A model generated the notes under the pieces. The model saw only the letters and a program-made list of their open reading frames with translations, searched no databases and had not been told where the DNA came from. From a virus (taxonomy: Duplodnaviria; Heunggongvirae; Uroviricota; Caudoviricetes), in IMG/VR virus record IMGVR_UViG_3300025697_002467: a DNA stretch of 50,006 nucleotides, one strand, 5' to 3'. Position 1 is the first letter of the stretch. Each line of letters starts with the position of its first letter. Positions 9,207 through 18,976 of this stretch are shown piece after piece. The position numbers and the translations under genes are program-made.

Positions 9207-9410
9207 CTATTCTTTAGTAGCTTGTTTATAACAGAATATGTGGTACATAGCAGCTTCAGAAGAACCATTGCCTTGTACCCAATAACTTTCAGAGTTAGCT
9301 TGAATGATTTCCCCACAACAAGAGCAAGTGGTTGCTTGGAGGATTTTTACTCTACGAGCCAGCTCTTTCATATTTTTGATTTCATCTTTGGTATAAGTTT
9401 TCATTTCCAT
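9207..9410 (-). CDS. short paralog of 8639..9166
   Basis: MEMKTYTKDE; CSCCG...YWV...YH..C; duplicated 5' UTR. Confidence 0.7.
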   Translation of the reverse strand: MEMKTYTKDEIKNMKELARRVKILQATTCSCCGEIIQANSESYWVQGNGSSEAAMYHIFCYKQATKE

Positions 9411-9437
9411 TGTTTTCTCCTGTTAAAAAGTGTCTCT

Positions 9438-9478
9438 CTTTCTACTACAACAACCCACAATAAAGAGAAACTAAGCCA
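9438..9478 (-). promoter_or_regulatory. repeated motif, copy M5
   Basis: TGGCTTAGTTT-CTCTTTA-TTGTGGGTTGTTG-TAGTAGAA, immediately after the TAA of 9479..10552. Confidence 0.85.
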
Positions 9479-10552
9479 TTAAGATAATTTTTCCAAAACT
9501 TCGTCTGCTATCTCACGGGTTAATCCTGTATCGGTGTCCGTTAGGACAAGACGATCCATCAAATGGGCCATGTCAGTTTCGTCATCAAGGATAACAAAAC
9601 GGGTGTATTGAGGATGCTCTTTTAACCAAGCAGCAATTTCGTCTCCACGTTGTTTCCCATCCAGTTCCGGGGTCATACCGATCATATCACCGGTTATCCC
9701 ACGTCCAAAGAAAAAACTTAGTTCACGGCTGCTTTTCCTCCATGATGAAGAAATAACAATTTGAGCTCCTGTTTTATCAGTAATTTCATTAAGGAGTTTA
9801 ACACACTGAGGTGCCATCCAGTAAATGATTTTGAGCATTAATTCTTGGTCGTCCGGCTCCATGTCTACAAGACGTTCTGTGGGTTCGGGTTTCCCAAGCT
9901 TGGCCCATTCTTTTTCAGGTTCCCAATCATCCATAGGGTTCATCACCCCATCCATGTCCAAGAATATGATCGGAGGTGGTTCCATAACGCCCCTGAGCAG
10001 CCCTACAACCTCTGTTAAGGTGTCAAAGCGAGCTTCGTCATAGGACGAGAACAAATCGTGACTCTGAGGCTTGTCAGGCGTTCCGTTTATTTCGGATTTC
10101 AGTTTTTTATAAACGGTGGCCAGTCGGCCCATTCCTAAGATGGGGTCCCAACTATTCGGGATACGTTTGACTATCTCCTGTTTCGTCAGGTCCATCATCT
10201 TCTGTTTGACTATTTCAAAAGCTAACATTGTTTTCCCACTACCTTGAGTGAGAGCTAACATTTTTTTCCCTTCGTCTTTGATTTTTTCTTTTGTGTATGC
10301 ATTCATTAAGTCCTGATAAAACTCAGACAGGAATTTGATTGTATCAGGTTCAGGGAATAATGTGTGGTCAGAAAGTGGACAGGTTGAATCTGGAGTGTCA
10401 TTTTTGTAAGCTAGTTTGAGGAATTCCCCAGAAATTGGGTTATACATCCCTCGGGTGGATTTAGGGTGGTGGCAACAATCATGATGATTTTCACCCCTTC
10501 GGTTCCAAGGGCAGTCTTTACAAGATTCAATTTGAGCATATAGAGTTTTCAT
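9479..10552 (-). CDS. Cys-rich N-terminal domain fused to HAD_SAK_2 (Swiss-army-knife RNA-repair-like HAD) phosphatase
   Basis: IIFLDMDGVMN, IVISSSWR, RGDEI..WL, FVILDD, TGLT motifs. Confidence 0.85.
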   Translation of the reverse strand: MKTLYAQIESCKDCPWNRRGENHHDCCHHPKSTRGMYNPISGEFLKLAYKNDTPDSTCPLSDHTLFPEPDTIKFLSEFYQDLMNAYTKEKIKDEGKKMLALTQGSGKTMLAFEIVKQKMMDLTKQEIVKRIPNSWDPILGMGRLATVYKKLKSEINGTPDKPQSHDLFSSYDEARFDTLTEVVGLLRGVMEPPPIIFLDMDGVMNPMDDWEPEKEWAKLGKPEPTERLVDMEPDDQELMLKIIYWMAPQCVKLLNEITDKTGAQIVISSSWRKSSRELSFFFGRGITGDMIGMTPELDGKQRGDEIAAWLKEHPQYTRFVILDDETDMAHLMDRLVLTDTDTGLTREIADEVLEKLS

Positions 10553-10587
10553 ACTTCAACAACCCACAACTTTCCAAAACTAAGCCG
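10548..10587 (-). promoter_or_regulatory. repeated motif, copy M6 (ends on the ATG of the next gene)
   Basis: CGGCTTAGTTT-TGGAAAG-TTGTGGGTTGTTG-AAGTATGAA. Confidence 0.85.
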
Positions 10588-10593
10588 ATTTTA

Positions 10594-10899
10594 TTAAACA
10601 GTCATCAGTTTCTTTGTTTGATGGAGTATTTTTGACAGCCTCTGAGCATAATTCCCATGCTTGGCTATCTTGGCCAAAGCCCCTCCAAGGATTTCATCAA
10701 GGGTGCTTACATTGTAATCGTATATCTCATAAACCTCAACTTTTTGTTTCCGGCCTTTCACCAAGGTTTTGCCTGATAATATGACACGTACTTCAATTAA
10801 ATCAGGTGCTGGCCTAATTGCATTTCCCTTAAGCTGTGGTCCATTCTCAAGGGTTTTTTCAAAGGTCCAAACTCCATATGAAGTTTCTGTAATATCCAT
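10594..10899 (-). CDS. hypothetical protein
   Basis: AGGAG RBS; 101 aa. Confidence 0.7.
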   Translation of the reverse strand: MDITETSYGVWTFEKTLENGPQLKGNAIRPAPDLIEVRVILSGKTLVKGRKQKVEVYEIYDYNVSTLDEILGGALAKIAKHGNYAQRLSKILHQTKKLMTV

Positions 10900-10944
10900 A
10901 CTATCTCCTATCAGAACGGGCAGTCATCACAGGTCTCTATGAAA

Positions 10945-11169
10945 TTAATTTTCTTTGTCATCCTTAAGCCTCTCAAATGTAATTGGAGTACTTGTCATCA
11001 CGTCATTGGATTCAGGCATCTCAGGGGCTGATACGAAACATACTTCTTCTGCATAGGTGATTGTTGCTCCACAACCCATACAGGTTTGAGGGAGATCCTT
11101 GATCGGGGTCACTGTAACTCCATATAAAGTGTCAATGTAGTGAGGGAATGGGCAATTTTTATCACTCAT
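10945..11169 (-). CDS. small Cys-rich hypothetical protein
   Basis: CPF...CMGC...C. Confidence 0.6.
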   Translation of the reverse strand: MSDKNCPFPHYIDTLYGVTVTPIKDLPQTCMGCGATITYAEEVCFVSAPEMPESNDVMTSTPITFERLKDDKEN

Positions 11170-11171
11170 AG

Positions 11172-11795
11172 TTATTTCCTTTTAGGTGTAAACATTGAGG
11201 AAGGGGTCATCATTTTCTGAATTTCTTTTTGCATCATTTTCCGAGCCTCTTTTCCCATCATTTTCTGGTTATTCTGGGAGGTATTAATAAAAAGACCAGC
11301 CAATAGCGTATTTGAGTTATATAAATTCTCTTTACCCCAGTCCATAGTAGACAGCTTTGTTGTGAAACTGCCCGGGTCGATAGTTATCGTTTTACCTTCT
11401 TTTTCAATGCATTGAGGACACTTAACAGTGTCTTGTTGAGTATTATTATCATACCCTGATTTCCAACCAGCAAGCTCCAGAACCGATCCCGGCTGATACC
11501 ACTGACCCAACGGGAATGATTCTGTTCGGCCACATTGAGTACAAGTAGCCGAACAGCGGAACGGTGCTTCAGGATTTTGCTGGTATAAAGGCTTTAGAGG
11601 AATATTCAAGAACAAATCTTTAGCAGAATAACTCTTAGTGTGTATTTCGGAAGCTTGTTTACCACACCTCGGACAATCCACAATACCCTGAGCATAAAAC
11701 TCCAACCTGTGGTGAATTGTCTTAATCTGAAACAGCATCGGATCATCACAGTTTGGACATTTTCCGCTGTATGTTCTTGTCATTTCCTCTAGCAT
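11172..11795 (-). CDS. double zinc-ribbon hypothetical protein
   Basis: CPNC/CPRC and CTQC...GW...CPQC. Confidence 0.75.
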   Translation of the reverse strand: MLEEMTRTYSGKCPNCDDPMLFQIKTIHHRLEFYAQGIVDCPRCGKQASEIHTKSYSAKDLFLNIPLKPLYQQNPEAPFRCSATCTQCGRTESFPLGQWYQPGSVLELAGWKSGYDNNTQQDTVKCPQCIEKEGKTITIDPGSFTTKLSTMDWGKENLYNSNTLLAGLFINTSQNNQKMMGKEARKMMQKEIQKMMTPSSMFTPKRK

Positions 11796-12190
11796 TAAAC
11801 CAAGCCTTCCCCCAACTCTTCTGAGAAAGTCCTGATCAGAGCTGTGGCCTCTTTTACCGGCAGACTTTTAACAGCTCTCTTAATCAGGGCTGTCCGTTCC
11901 ATAATTGACAGGAAACCTGAACTCTTAGTAGAGAAATCGGGCGTCTCCTCAGATACCCGTGGGTTTCTGATTCTTAGGAGACAAGGGTGTTTCTCACTGA
12001 ATTTAATAAGATCCACCCCTTCGTAACAGCTTCGTAACCCCCCGTTGACGGGCTCAGAATAGAAAGGGACATTATAACAACGTAGCCGGGAACCGACAGT
12101 ATCAGAAGTTTTTTGGAATCCCAGTAACCTCGTTAGGCTAGATACATAGTATATCTTAGAGGGGTCTATTTTAAGATAAGTTGTTTTCAT
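11795..12190 (-). CDS. putative HTH DNA-binding protein
   Basis: YYVSSLTRLLG...YEGVDL resembles a MerR/excisionase-like wHTH repeat. Confidence 0.6.
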   Translation of the reverse strand: MKTTYLKIDPSKIYYVSSLTRLLGFQKTSDTVGSRLRCYNVPFYSEPVNGGLRSCYEGVDLIKFSEKHPCLLRIRNPRVSEETPDFSTKSSGFLSIMERTALIKRAVKSLPVKEATALIRTFSEELGEGLV

Positions 12191-12744
12191 ATTGTACCTT
12201 TTTCCAATCCTGTTGTAAAGCCTGTCAGCAATGCTTGTGCTGAATCTACACCCATACCTTCCACAGCTTTTTCAAGAAATCGGTTATTTACCGATTTTAC
12301 TGGTATGTCCTTTAATTTGTTGGGTTTTTTCACAAGCAAGGCTGCATCTTTCCCATAGTACCGTGTTATGGAAAGCTTGAACCCTGCTTGTTCTTGTTGT
12401 AGTGTTGTAGCGTTTCGAACTCCAGCTTGTATTAACCGATTTACGATAGTCGTTGTACCCATTCCGAGAATGTCTGAAATTTCAGAAAGAGTATAAAGCC
12501 TGTAAGGTTCAAAACCGTGAATCAACTCTTTTGGTTTTTCTTCCACTTTCTTAGGCATCTCGAAGCCTGGGTTAAGTATACCAAGGCCGGCACTAATAAC
12601 ATCCTCTCCTTGATAACCACCACCGTCTATTTTATAACCACGGCTTTTCATCTCTTTTTTGACTTCTTTATAACTGATGCCCAAGAGAAACGATAGGTCT
12701 GACAAAGTGTATAGGGTGTTAGGGACTACGAGGGGTTGGTTCAT
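12187..12744 (-). CDS. putative tandem-HTH DNA-binding protein (2 repeats)
   Basis: YTLSDLSFLLG...YQGEDV and YTLSEISDILG...YYGKDA. Confidence 0.65.
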   Translation of the reverse strand: MNQPLVVPNTLYTLSDLSFLLGISYKEVKKEMKSRGYKIDGGGYQGEDVISAGLGILNPGFEMPKKVEEKPKELIHGFEPYRLYTLSEISDILGMGTTTIVNRLIQAGVRNATTLQQEQAGFKLSITRYYGKDAALLVKKPNKLKDIPVKSVNNRFLEKAVEGMGVDSAQALLTGFTTGLEKGTI

Positions 12745-13337
12745 GATCTCCTCCCTGACTTTCCTGACAAAATTACCACCATGTTTTCAAACTGCTCAAT
12801 ACCTTTTTTCCGTAAAGTTTTTTGGCCTCTAGGAATCCTGGAATTTTTCAAAGAATCCAAGATGTGAGCAGCTCTTTTTTTGCTAAAAGATGCCGTTACG
12901 GTTGGAGCTGGTGGGACTCTGCCGAGATGTCTGTACACTTCAGACCTGAGATCTTGACATGTCCACGCATAAGCACCAAGCTCAATCAGGGATATGATTT
13001 CTGTTGCAGGCAACAGGCATAAAAGGTGGAAGTTGGTTTTGTGCATGTTAAGCATATGATCTTTGATTATTACATAATTACTACCTGTGAGACTGCGTAT
13101 TTCAGTCATCCGTTCATATGCTTGGATAGCCTTAGTAGCTAAGGCCGGTGAAATCAAAGAATACGTAAGGTATAGCCCCCATTTTTTGAAATATGGTTCC
13201 ATATTCCGGAAATGGTTATTCTTTTTGATATCCAAAAGTACCCCACCCATTTTGATGAGGTCATTACGTCTGCCTGTTTTCAATTTATAAACGGCAGCTT
13301 GGAGTCGAAGTGCTTTTTTAGTGGTTTTCTGTTTCAT
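12741..13337 (-). CDS. DUF3102-like helical protein, paralog of 13414..14004
   Basis: MGGVLLDIKKNNHF...F..W..YL pattern. Confidence 0.6.
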   Translation of the reverse strand: MKQKTTKKALRLQAAVYKLKTGRRNDLIKMGGVLLDIKKNNHFRNMEPYFKKWGLYLTYSLISPALATKAIQAYERMTEIRSLTGSNYVIIKDHMLNMHKTNFHLLCLLPATEIISLIELGAYAWTCQDLRSEVYRHLGRVPPAPTVTASFSKKRAAHILDSLKNSRIPRGQKTLRKKGIEQFENMVVILSGKSGRRS

Positions 13338-13413
13338 AGCTCAAGTATCCTCCTTTAAGGATTGGTAAAAAAACTTACTTATATAATTATTACCCTAAAT
13401 TTGTTGGGTATCC

Positions 13414-14004
13414 TTACAAAGCTAATAAACGGCGTTGAAGCCTGAGTTGTAATTCTTTTTTGACAATTCCTTGGTTTCTAGGGGCTTTTAGTTTATCAAG
13501 TCCTTTTATGATCAGGATTAATTCTTGATCATACACAGATAAATTTATTTGCTTTTTCAGAGGGGAGTCTCCACATAGGTTTCTGACTTTTGATCGTAAT
13601 TGTCGTTCGTTTAGTTGATTTAGCTGATTGCTTTCCACTAACTCAGCAATATCTTTAACAGGTAATCGACATAGAGTATTCAAGTTTGCTTTAGACATTT
13701 GAAACAGTTGCTTCTGTATGGAATTAGCTCTTTCAGCACCAACAACTTTAAGAAGCCCTTCAAATTTCTCCCAAGTATTAATAGCTCTATAGGCATATGA
13801 CAGTGTGAATCCTTCACTGCCTAAGTATGCTTTCAAGCTGGAAAAACTGGGGGTCATATGTTTGTACAGTTTCTTTTCTCTGATGTTATTCAGCCACTGA
13901 CCGAGACCGATGTAATCTTTCCGTCTATTATTTCTTAGTTTCTGTACCTGATTTTTGGCTTTAGACGCTTGGGTCTTTAAATTTTTCATATTGAACTCCT
14001 TCAT
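13414..14004 (-). CDS. DUF3102-like helical protein, paralog of 12741..13337
   Basis: LGQWLNNIREKKLY...FSSLKAYL pattern. Confidence 0.6.
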   Translation of the reverse strand: MKEFNMKNLKTQASKAKNQVQKLRNNRRKDYIGLGQWLNNIREKKLYKHMTPSFSSLKAYLGSEGFTLSYAYRAINTWEKFEGLLKVVGAERANSIQKQLFQMSKANLNTLCRLPVKDIAELVESNQLNQLNERQLRSKVRNLCGDSPLKKQINLSVYDQELILIIKGLDKLKAPRNQGIVKKELQLRLQRRLLAL

Positions 14005-14867
14005 TTGGATTGGGTGTGTGGCCCTCTTTTAAGAGGTTCCGCTAAATTATATTCTTTCACATAAAAATTGAGAGTTGGGCCTTCATACTTTAAGAATTGT
14101 GTACGTTCTTCGATCTGGAATGGGACACGAAGACGTTGAAGACGGAATCTAGCACTGTTACGTGTTAATCGAAGTATTGAATTGATTTCTCCAATACCGT
14201 ACAGACGATCTTCAAAGAGATCATCTGTAAGAACAAGTGGCGTTAAAAGTCCAGGTTTAAGTGTTTCTTCTTCTAATAACATTTCCCCAGAATACATAAA
14301 TTTTTTATCTATTTTGAATTTGGGCAGTCTTCGTAAATGTATTTCTTCAATTGTATGCTCACCACAGATTTCTCTTATTTGCTTGAAGGAGTAGATTCGA
14401 TCTGCTCTGATTTTTTCAAGGGTTTCTTTTTTTGTGATGGGTTTGAGTTTCTGTAAGATTTTTGGTGCTTCTTCAGCAGCCTTTAAAAGAGTAAAACCAT
14501 AATAAAGACGGTCTTTCCCTTTCACTCCACAGGAAGGGATTTCCTGCCTATCAAACATTGTTTGTGTTTGATAAACTGACTTATTAAGCATGACTGATAC
14601 ATTTTTAGCAGTGTATTTTTTATTTGATTCAAGAACAACTGAAAGTTTTCTGTCTGGGAAGGAACTTTTTTTTCCTAATACAATTTTGTTACTAAAAAAC
14701 CCCTCAGTCATAGCTTTTTTAATATCTGACCCTTGATACTTAACAGGTTTTGTTGTTTTTGGTATTTGGAATGCCAGGAGCCTGCTTTTTATGGTCCCTT
14801 TAGGTAATCCTGACATGTCGGTTAATTCTTGTAGTGAGTATCCTTGTTTTGCATTTATTTTAAGCAT
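14001..14867 (-). CDS. putative multi-HTH DNA-binding protein (about 4 repeats)
   Basis: start re-called at MLKINA; four Y-x3-(E/Q/N)...Y.G repeats. Confidence 0.65.
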   Translation of the reverse strand: MLKINAKQGYSLQELTDMSGLPKGTIKSRLLAFQIPKTTKPVKYQGSDIKKAMTEGFFSNKIVLGKKSSFPDRKLSVVLESNKKYTAKNVSVMLNKSVYQTQTMFDRQEIPSCGVKGKDRLYYGFTLLKAAEEAPKILQKLKPITKKETLEKIRADRIYSFKQIREICGEHTIEEIHLRRLPKFKIDKKFMYSGEMLLEEETLKPGLLTPLVLTDDLFEDRLYGIGEINSILRLTRNSARFRLQRLRVPFQIEERTQFLKYEGPTLNFYVKEYNLAEPLKRGPHTQSK

Positions 14868-14877
14868 GATATTCTCT

Positions 14878-14918
14878 CTTTCTACTACAACAACCCACAA
14901 CTTTTCAAAACTAAGCCG
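14878..14918 (-). promoter_or_regulatory. repeated motif, copy M7
   Basis: CGGCTTAGTTT-TGAAAAG-TTGTGGGTTGTTG-TAGTAGAA; its TAG is the stop of 14911..16314. Confidence 0.85.
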
Positions 14919-16314
14919 TGGATGATGGGAATGCTGGATTATCTACATCACCCTCAACCCATTGGATCGGTTCTGTCTGGCTAGGGCTATCAGGGTCTCT
15001 ATATTTTACTAAAGTTCCTTGCTTGATCATATTATGGATAGCAAATTTATTCCAAGCATAAAACCATGGCTCCCCCTTATCAGCATCAATTGGCCATTTC
15101 ATCGGGCCTCTGAGAGCTGTATGGTTTGGATTCAGGTACATGACCATCTGTCCAATCAGTCTTAAAGGGTGGTCATGGAACAAGGTTGTAAGAACTGTAG
15201 ATGACGATTTTGGTGAATCATATTTGTACGGAGTAAACTTAGGATCGAAACGACCAGTACCCACCACATACCCCACCCCATTAAAATCTAACCCCTGACA
15301 CGGATAATCCGAACGGATCACAGAAAGGCATCCAATGATATCACTTTCTCTTGGTCTGATAGTTTTCTGGGTAGCTACTTTTTTATTGACTTCGTATACA
15401 ATCAAGCAATGACGCACGGGATCACCGGAGGTTTCTGCTGCTTGAGAGTCATCGTATCCGTGTAGACGGATACTAATTTTGTGGGTATGATCAAGCCGAA
15501 CTTCCGATACCACTGATTTTCCCCCCAGAGTCAATGTGATATCATGTTTGGGATTGACCCATTCAAAGATGGCTCGGACAGATTTTAGAATGGTTGTCAT
15601 TACGCAAAGCAAAGCTTCTGACTCATTAGGAACAGAGATACCCATAATGTCTTCAAGGATCGTCTGTGTGGCCTGTAACAGTGGTGGGGTAGGCTTTAGT
15701 CCTGTCAGCTTGGGTGAAGGCACTACAATACGGTCTCCAAGTATATCCTGTTGAGTTACTTTATGATCTCCTGAGCTGAAAATAGAGTCTGGGATATTTA
15801 GAAGCAAATTTTTAACTGTCTCAGAAGGGATATCAATACCAATTGCTTGGTGGAAAGGTACCTTTCCTTTAATAATAAACGTAGATGGTTCACGCATCGT
15901 GTGTTTCAACTCAAAACTTGTTATTTCTGTGCAAAGCCCACGATGGATTGGTGCAACAGCTGCTGGGATTGGTGTTGGGACGTATGGAGAGTATCCTCCA
16001 GGGGATGGTAAAATTCTAGGAGTTTTATATTCTGAGGTTGTGAACCCTTTCAGCACCCCTTTTGGCTCATCGGGGTCGTCATCATCAAGTGCAGCTACAG
16101 TATCCCAGAGTTTTTTCATACCGTGGTAATCTTTTTCATTTCTTATACCGAGGTGCTCTTTAAAACTCTGAAGGTTTTTTTCATCCTTGAGATCTTCTTC
16201 AAATTCAGCCTTTGATGTCCGAGTAATGTTTTTGTTTTTTGCTACATCGTCAGAATCTTCTGAAATTATCTTGGGTGTCGATTTTCTAATTCCTAACCAG
16301 TTTCTAAAGCCCAT
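14911..16314 (-). CDS. hypothetical protein
   Basis: 467-aa ORF; C-terminal domain weakly similar to 16304..17035. Confidence 0.8.
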   Translation of the reverse strand: MGFRNWLGIRKSTPKIISEDSDDVAKNKNITRTSKAEFEEDLKDEKNLQSFKEHLGIRNEKDYHGMKKLWDTVAALDDDDPDEPKGVLKGFTTSEYKTPRILPSPGGYSPYVPTPIPAAVAPIHRGLCTEITSFELKHTMREPSTFIIKGKVPFHQAIGIDIPSETVKNLLLNIPDSIFSSGDHKVTQQDILGDRIVVPSPKLTGLKPTPPLLQATQTILEDIMGISVPNESEALLCVMTTILKSVRAIFEWVNPKHDITLTLGGKSVVSEVRLDHTHKISIRLHGYDDSQAAETSGDPVRHCLIVYEVNKKVATQKTIRPRESDIIGCLSVIRSDYPCQGLDFNGVGYVVGTGRFDPKFTPYKYDSPKSSSTVLTTLFHDHPLRLIGQMVMYLNPNHTALRGPMKWPIDADKGEPWFYAWNKFAIHNMIKQGTLVKYRDPDSPSQTEPIQWVEGDVDNPAFPSSTA

Positions 16315-17035
16315 GGTTCTTTTCCTTATCTAACGGATAACGCCGTTTAAACTCAGGGAGTTGTGCCCACCCTAAATTATTTTCATTAAGAGACACAATG
16401 TTATGTTTTTTCACATACTCAATGTTTCTGTTTTTCGGGTGAACCCATTGTTGTGTTTCCAGATCATAAAAAGTTAATTCTGTGGGTGATAATATTATGT
16501 CATTAGATGGTCGGAAATGATATTCCAAGTCTTCATCAAATTCCCTACTTAACAACATATTATCTACCCCAAGTCCATGATGTCTCATAACAGAATACTG
16601 CCGGAAGAACTGTCGGACTCCAGTGCTAACTTCATGAATGTACACCCCAAGCATTTGAGAAATACAACCAATAATGTCAGCTTCTTCGGTAGATAACACT
16701 GTCTTATCAAACAGTACCCTTTTGCTATAGTCCATTTCATCCAGTACCTGCAACATTACTTGCAGGGTGTTCTCTCCGTTAAGGGCTATAAACACTTGAA
16801 TACGAGGGGCTAGTACCCCTGATAACAACATGATATTTTTATTGACAATAATTTCCCATTCTTTAGTGATATGAACCCAAGGCAAGATTTCAGTAGCATG
16901 TGGGATAATACGGACAATTGCTATTGTATTTCTTGGTCCAGCAGAATAGTCAGAGTTACGTTCAAGCTCCTGTTGTGTAAATGTGAGTTCTTCAACTTGT
17001 TTGAGGAACTCAGGGATTTTATGCCTGACAGTCAT
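16304..17035 (-). CDS. hypothetical protein
   Basis: 243 aa; EADIIGC vs ESDIIGC shared with 14911..16314. Confidence 0.75.
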   Translation of the reverse strand: MTVRHKIPEFLKQVEELTFTQQELERNSDYSAGPRNTIAIVRIIPHATEILPWVHITKEWEIIVNKNIMLLSGVLAPRIQVFIALNGENTLQVMLQVLDEMDYSKRVLFDKTVLSTEEADIIGCISQMLGVYIHEVSTGVRQFFRQYSVMRHHGLGVDNMLLSREFDEDLEYHFRPSNDIILSPTELTFYDLETQQWVHPKNRNIEYVKKHNIVSLNENNLGWAQLPEFKRRYPLDKEKNHGL

Positions 17036-17559
17036 TTTAAATCCCCTGCCACCACTCCAAGTTTTTTATCTAATGCATTCAGTATTGCTATCAAGGCATC
17101 GGAATAGCCTTCGTTGTAAGTAGAGTATGCTTCCTTTTCTATTTGCTTTTGAAGCTGATGAATCTTGGTCAGGAGTCCTTTTCGGATTCCAGCCAGACCA
17201 CCAATAATGTTCTGGGCATCATTCCCGATGGTCAGGATGTCTTTCAAAGCAATATTGACCCGTTCTTGAGCTTCCTCTTTGATTTGATCCTCTTTACCTG
17301 ATGCAGTGAAATCAGCACTCCATGTTGAAAATGACATAGCATCTAGGGTACTACTATCAGGGAACTCAAGAAAACTTGTATCTAAAAGTGGCCTGTAACC
17401 AGGGGCTTCTGTTGCAGCAAAATGACAGCCTTGAGGGAACGGTTTTTTCAGTTTGCTTAGGACTTTTACACACTCTGGGTGTGTGCAAGGCGGATCATGA
17501 ATCGTCATCGGTGCATTCGGACACCCCTTACAAGTTGGGAAAAGCAGTGGGGGTTTCAT
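17032..17559 (-). CDS. Cys-rich hypothetical protein
   Basis: CKGCP...CTHPEC...C. Confidence 0.7.
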   Translation of the reverse strand: MKPPLLFPTCKGCPNAPMTIHDPPCTHPECVKVLSKLKKPFPQGCHFAATEAPGYRPLLDTSFLEFPDSSTLDAMSFSTWSADFTASGKEDQIKEEAQERVNIALKDILTIGNDAQNIIGGLAGIRKGLLTKIHQLQKQIEKEAYSTYNEGYSDALIAILNALDKKLGVVAGDLK

Positions 17560-17771
17560 TTTTCTGTTCCTGTCAGATCAAGTTCCATATTTTCACCAAG
17601 TTCCAAGTGAGCCTCTTCGGAAGTTGCAAATTTCTCTAGTCCTATGAGGGACTTACAGATAGGGCAGTGTTCCGTAGAAATTATGTACCACTGTTCCTTT
17701 TCATCTTGGATGTTGAGTTTCACCACCTGGAAATCCAGTTCTGTTTTACATTTGGGGCATTCTTTTATCAT
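17556..17771 (-). CDS. zinc-ribbon protein
   Basis: CPKC and CPIC. Confidence 0.7.
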   Translation of the reverse strand: MIKECPKCKTELDFQVVKLNIQDEKEQWYIISTEHCPICKSLIGLEKFATSEEAHLELGENMELDLTGTEK

Positions 17772-18223
17772 TAACAGTTTCCAGTTCTGAGTTTTAAAAC
17801 ACTTTCACCAATCATAATTGCTATAGGGATAATTTTTTCTAATGCATTAGATGCTGAAAGAGCTTCTTCGGTGTCATTGATTATGGCATCAAGGCAGTCC
17901 ATTACAAAGTCTCGGACGGCCTCAACGGAAATAGAAAATTCCCCAGTGGCTATTGGAGAGTCCATCTGGCCTATAGAACTACGTGGGTGCAGACTCCCAA
18001 TTATAATCTCTGGAGTGTCTGGGTCGAAGACAAATGCCAACATGAAAGGTCCGAGTTTTTCACTGGTAATAATAGATGTTTGACGGCCTTTTATCTGTCG
18101 AATAAAAGCATTTGGGATTGAGGCCTTTCTTAGGCCTTCGTGGATAGTCCACGCCCATAAATTCTCAGTGCCTTCTTTTACGAAGGATTCGAGAGATTGG
18201 TTGATTTTTAGGTCTGGTATCAT
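17771..18223 (-). CDS. hypothetical protein
   Basis: 150 aa, coupled to neighbours. Confidence 0.7.
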   Translation of the reverse strand: MIPDLKINQSLESFVKEGTENLWAWTIHEGLRKASIPNAFIRQIKGRQTSIITSEKLGPFMLAFVFDPDTPEIIIGSLHPRSSIGQMDSPIATGEFSISVEAVRDFVMDCLDAIINDTEEALSASNALEKIIPIAIMIGESVLKLRTGNC

Positions 18224-18226
18224 TGA

Positions 18227-18628
18227 TTAACACCATCTTTCTTTAGCTGCTTCGTAAAGCTCAACACCATATTCAAATTTACCCAGAGTCATGTTAAGTA
18301 AAGCAGTCAGGTAAGCAGCCGTGCTTTGGTCAGGTTTCAAACCAAACCTTGCAGCCACATAATCTATGGAGTGGTGTCCACCATCAATCATTGCCCATGA
18401 ATGAGCCACTTGACCGTTATAGTAGGTCACCAAGAAATGAGCATTGGTGCCACCTACCAACTCTATCAAGGAGTCAGGGAGTTTGTTGAATAGGACGGCA
18501 TAACGATAGCCGTCCCCAGGTTCCCAGACGATTGCTTGGGAGTTGGGGTCTTCAATCCCAGCATTGGTAAGTGCTACCCGACCGATTTTTTGGTCCTGTA
18601 TTTTCATTGTAGTTTTGTTTAAGTCCAT
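18227..18628 (-). CDS. hypothetical protein
   Basis: 133 aa; WEPGDGYRY. Confidence 0.7.
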   Translation of the reverse strand: MDLNKTTMKIQDQKIGRVALTNAGIEDPNSQAIVWEPGDGYRYAVLFNKLPDSLIELVGGTNAHFLVTYYNGQVAHSWAMIDGGHHSIDYVAARFGLKPDQSTAAYLTALLNMTLGKFEYGVELYEAAKERWC

Positions 18629-18951
18629 TATTTTGCTGCCTTTCTTACGAATATGTAACGATGAGTAGCATCACCAACAAACCAGCGTTTTGATGCTTCA
18701 AGAGCTTCTTCATACAACCAAGCCTCTTTTGAACCTGCCAGAATCAGGAACCCGTCCAAACCGGAGTCAGAACGAAGTACCCAGCCCTGATTGTTTTTGA
18801 CCAGTTCAGCACCACGATAGCCATCACGGAATAATTCTTCCTGAGTGTCTGTCAAAGTGGCACCGTTCGACATAGCTGCTTCGGTCAGTTCGTCTATCCA
18901 ATCGACAGTTTTCTGGCCAGCGGTAATTTCAAAATGTTTAGGGTCTAACAT
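18628..18951 (-). CDS. hypothetical protein
   Basis: start re-called at MLDPKH with AGGAG RBS. Confidence 0.7.
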   Translation of the reverse strand: MLDPKHFEITAGQKTVDWIDELTEAAMSNGATLTDTQEELFRDGYRGAELVKNNQGWVLRSDSGLDGFLILAGSKEAWLYEEALEASKRWFVGDATHRYIFVRKAAK

Positions 18952-18976
18952 GGTTTTTCTCCTATGATTGTTAGTC

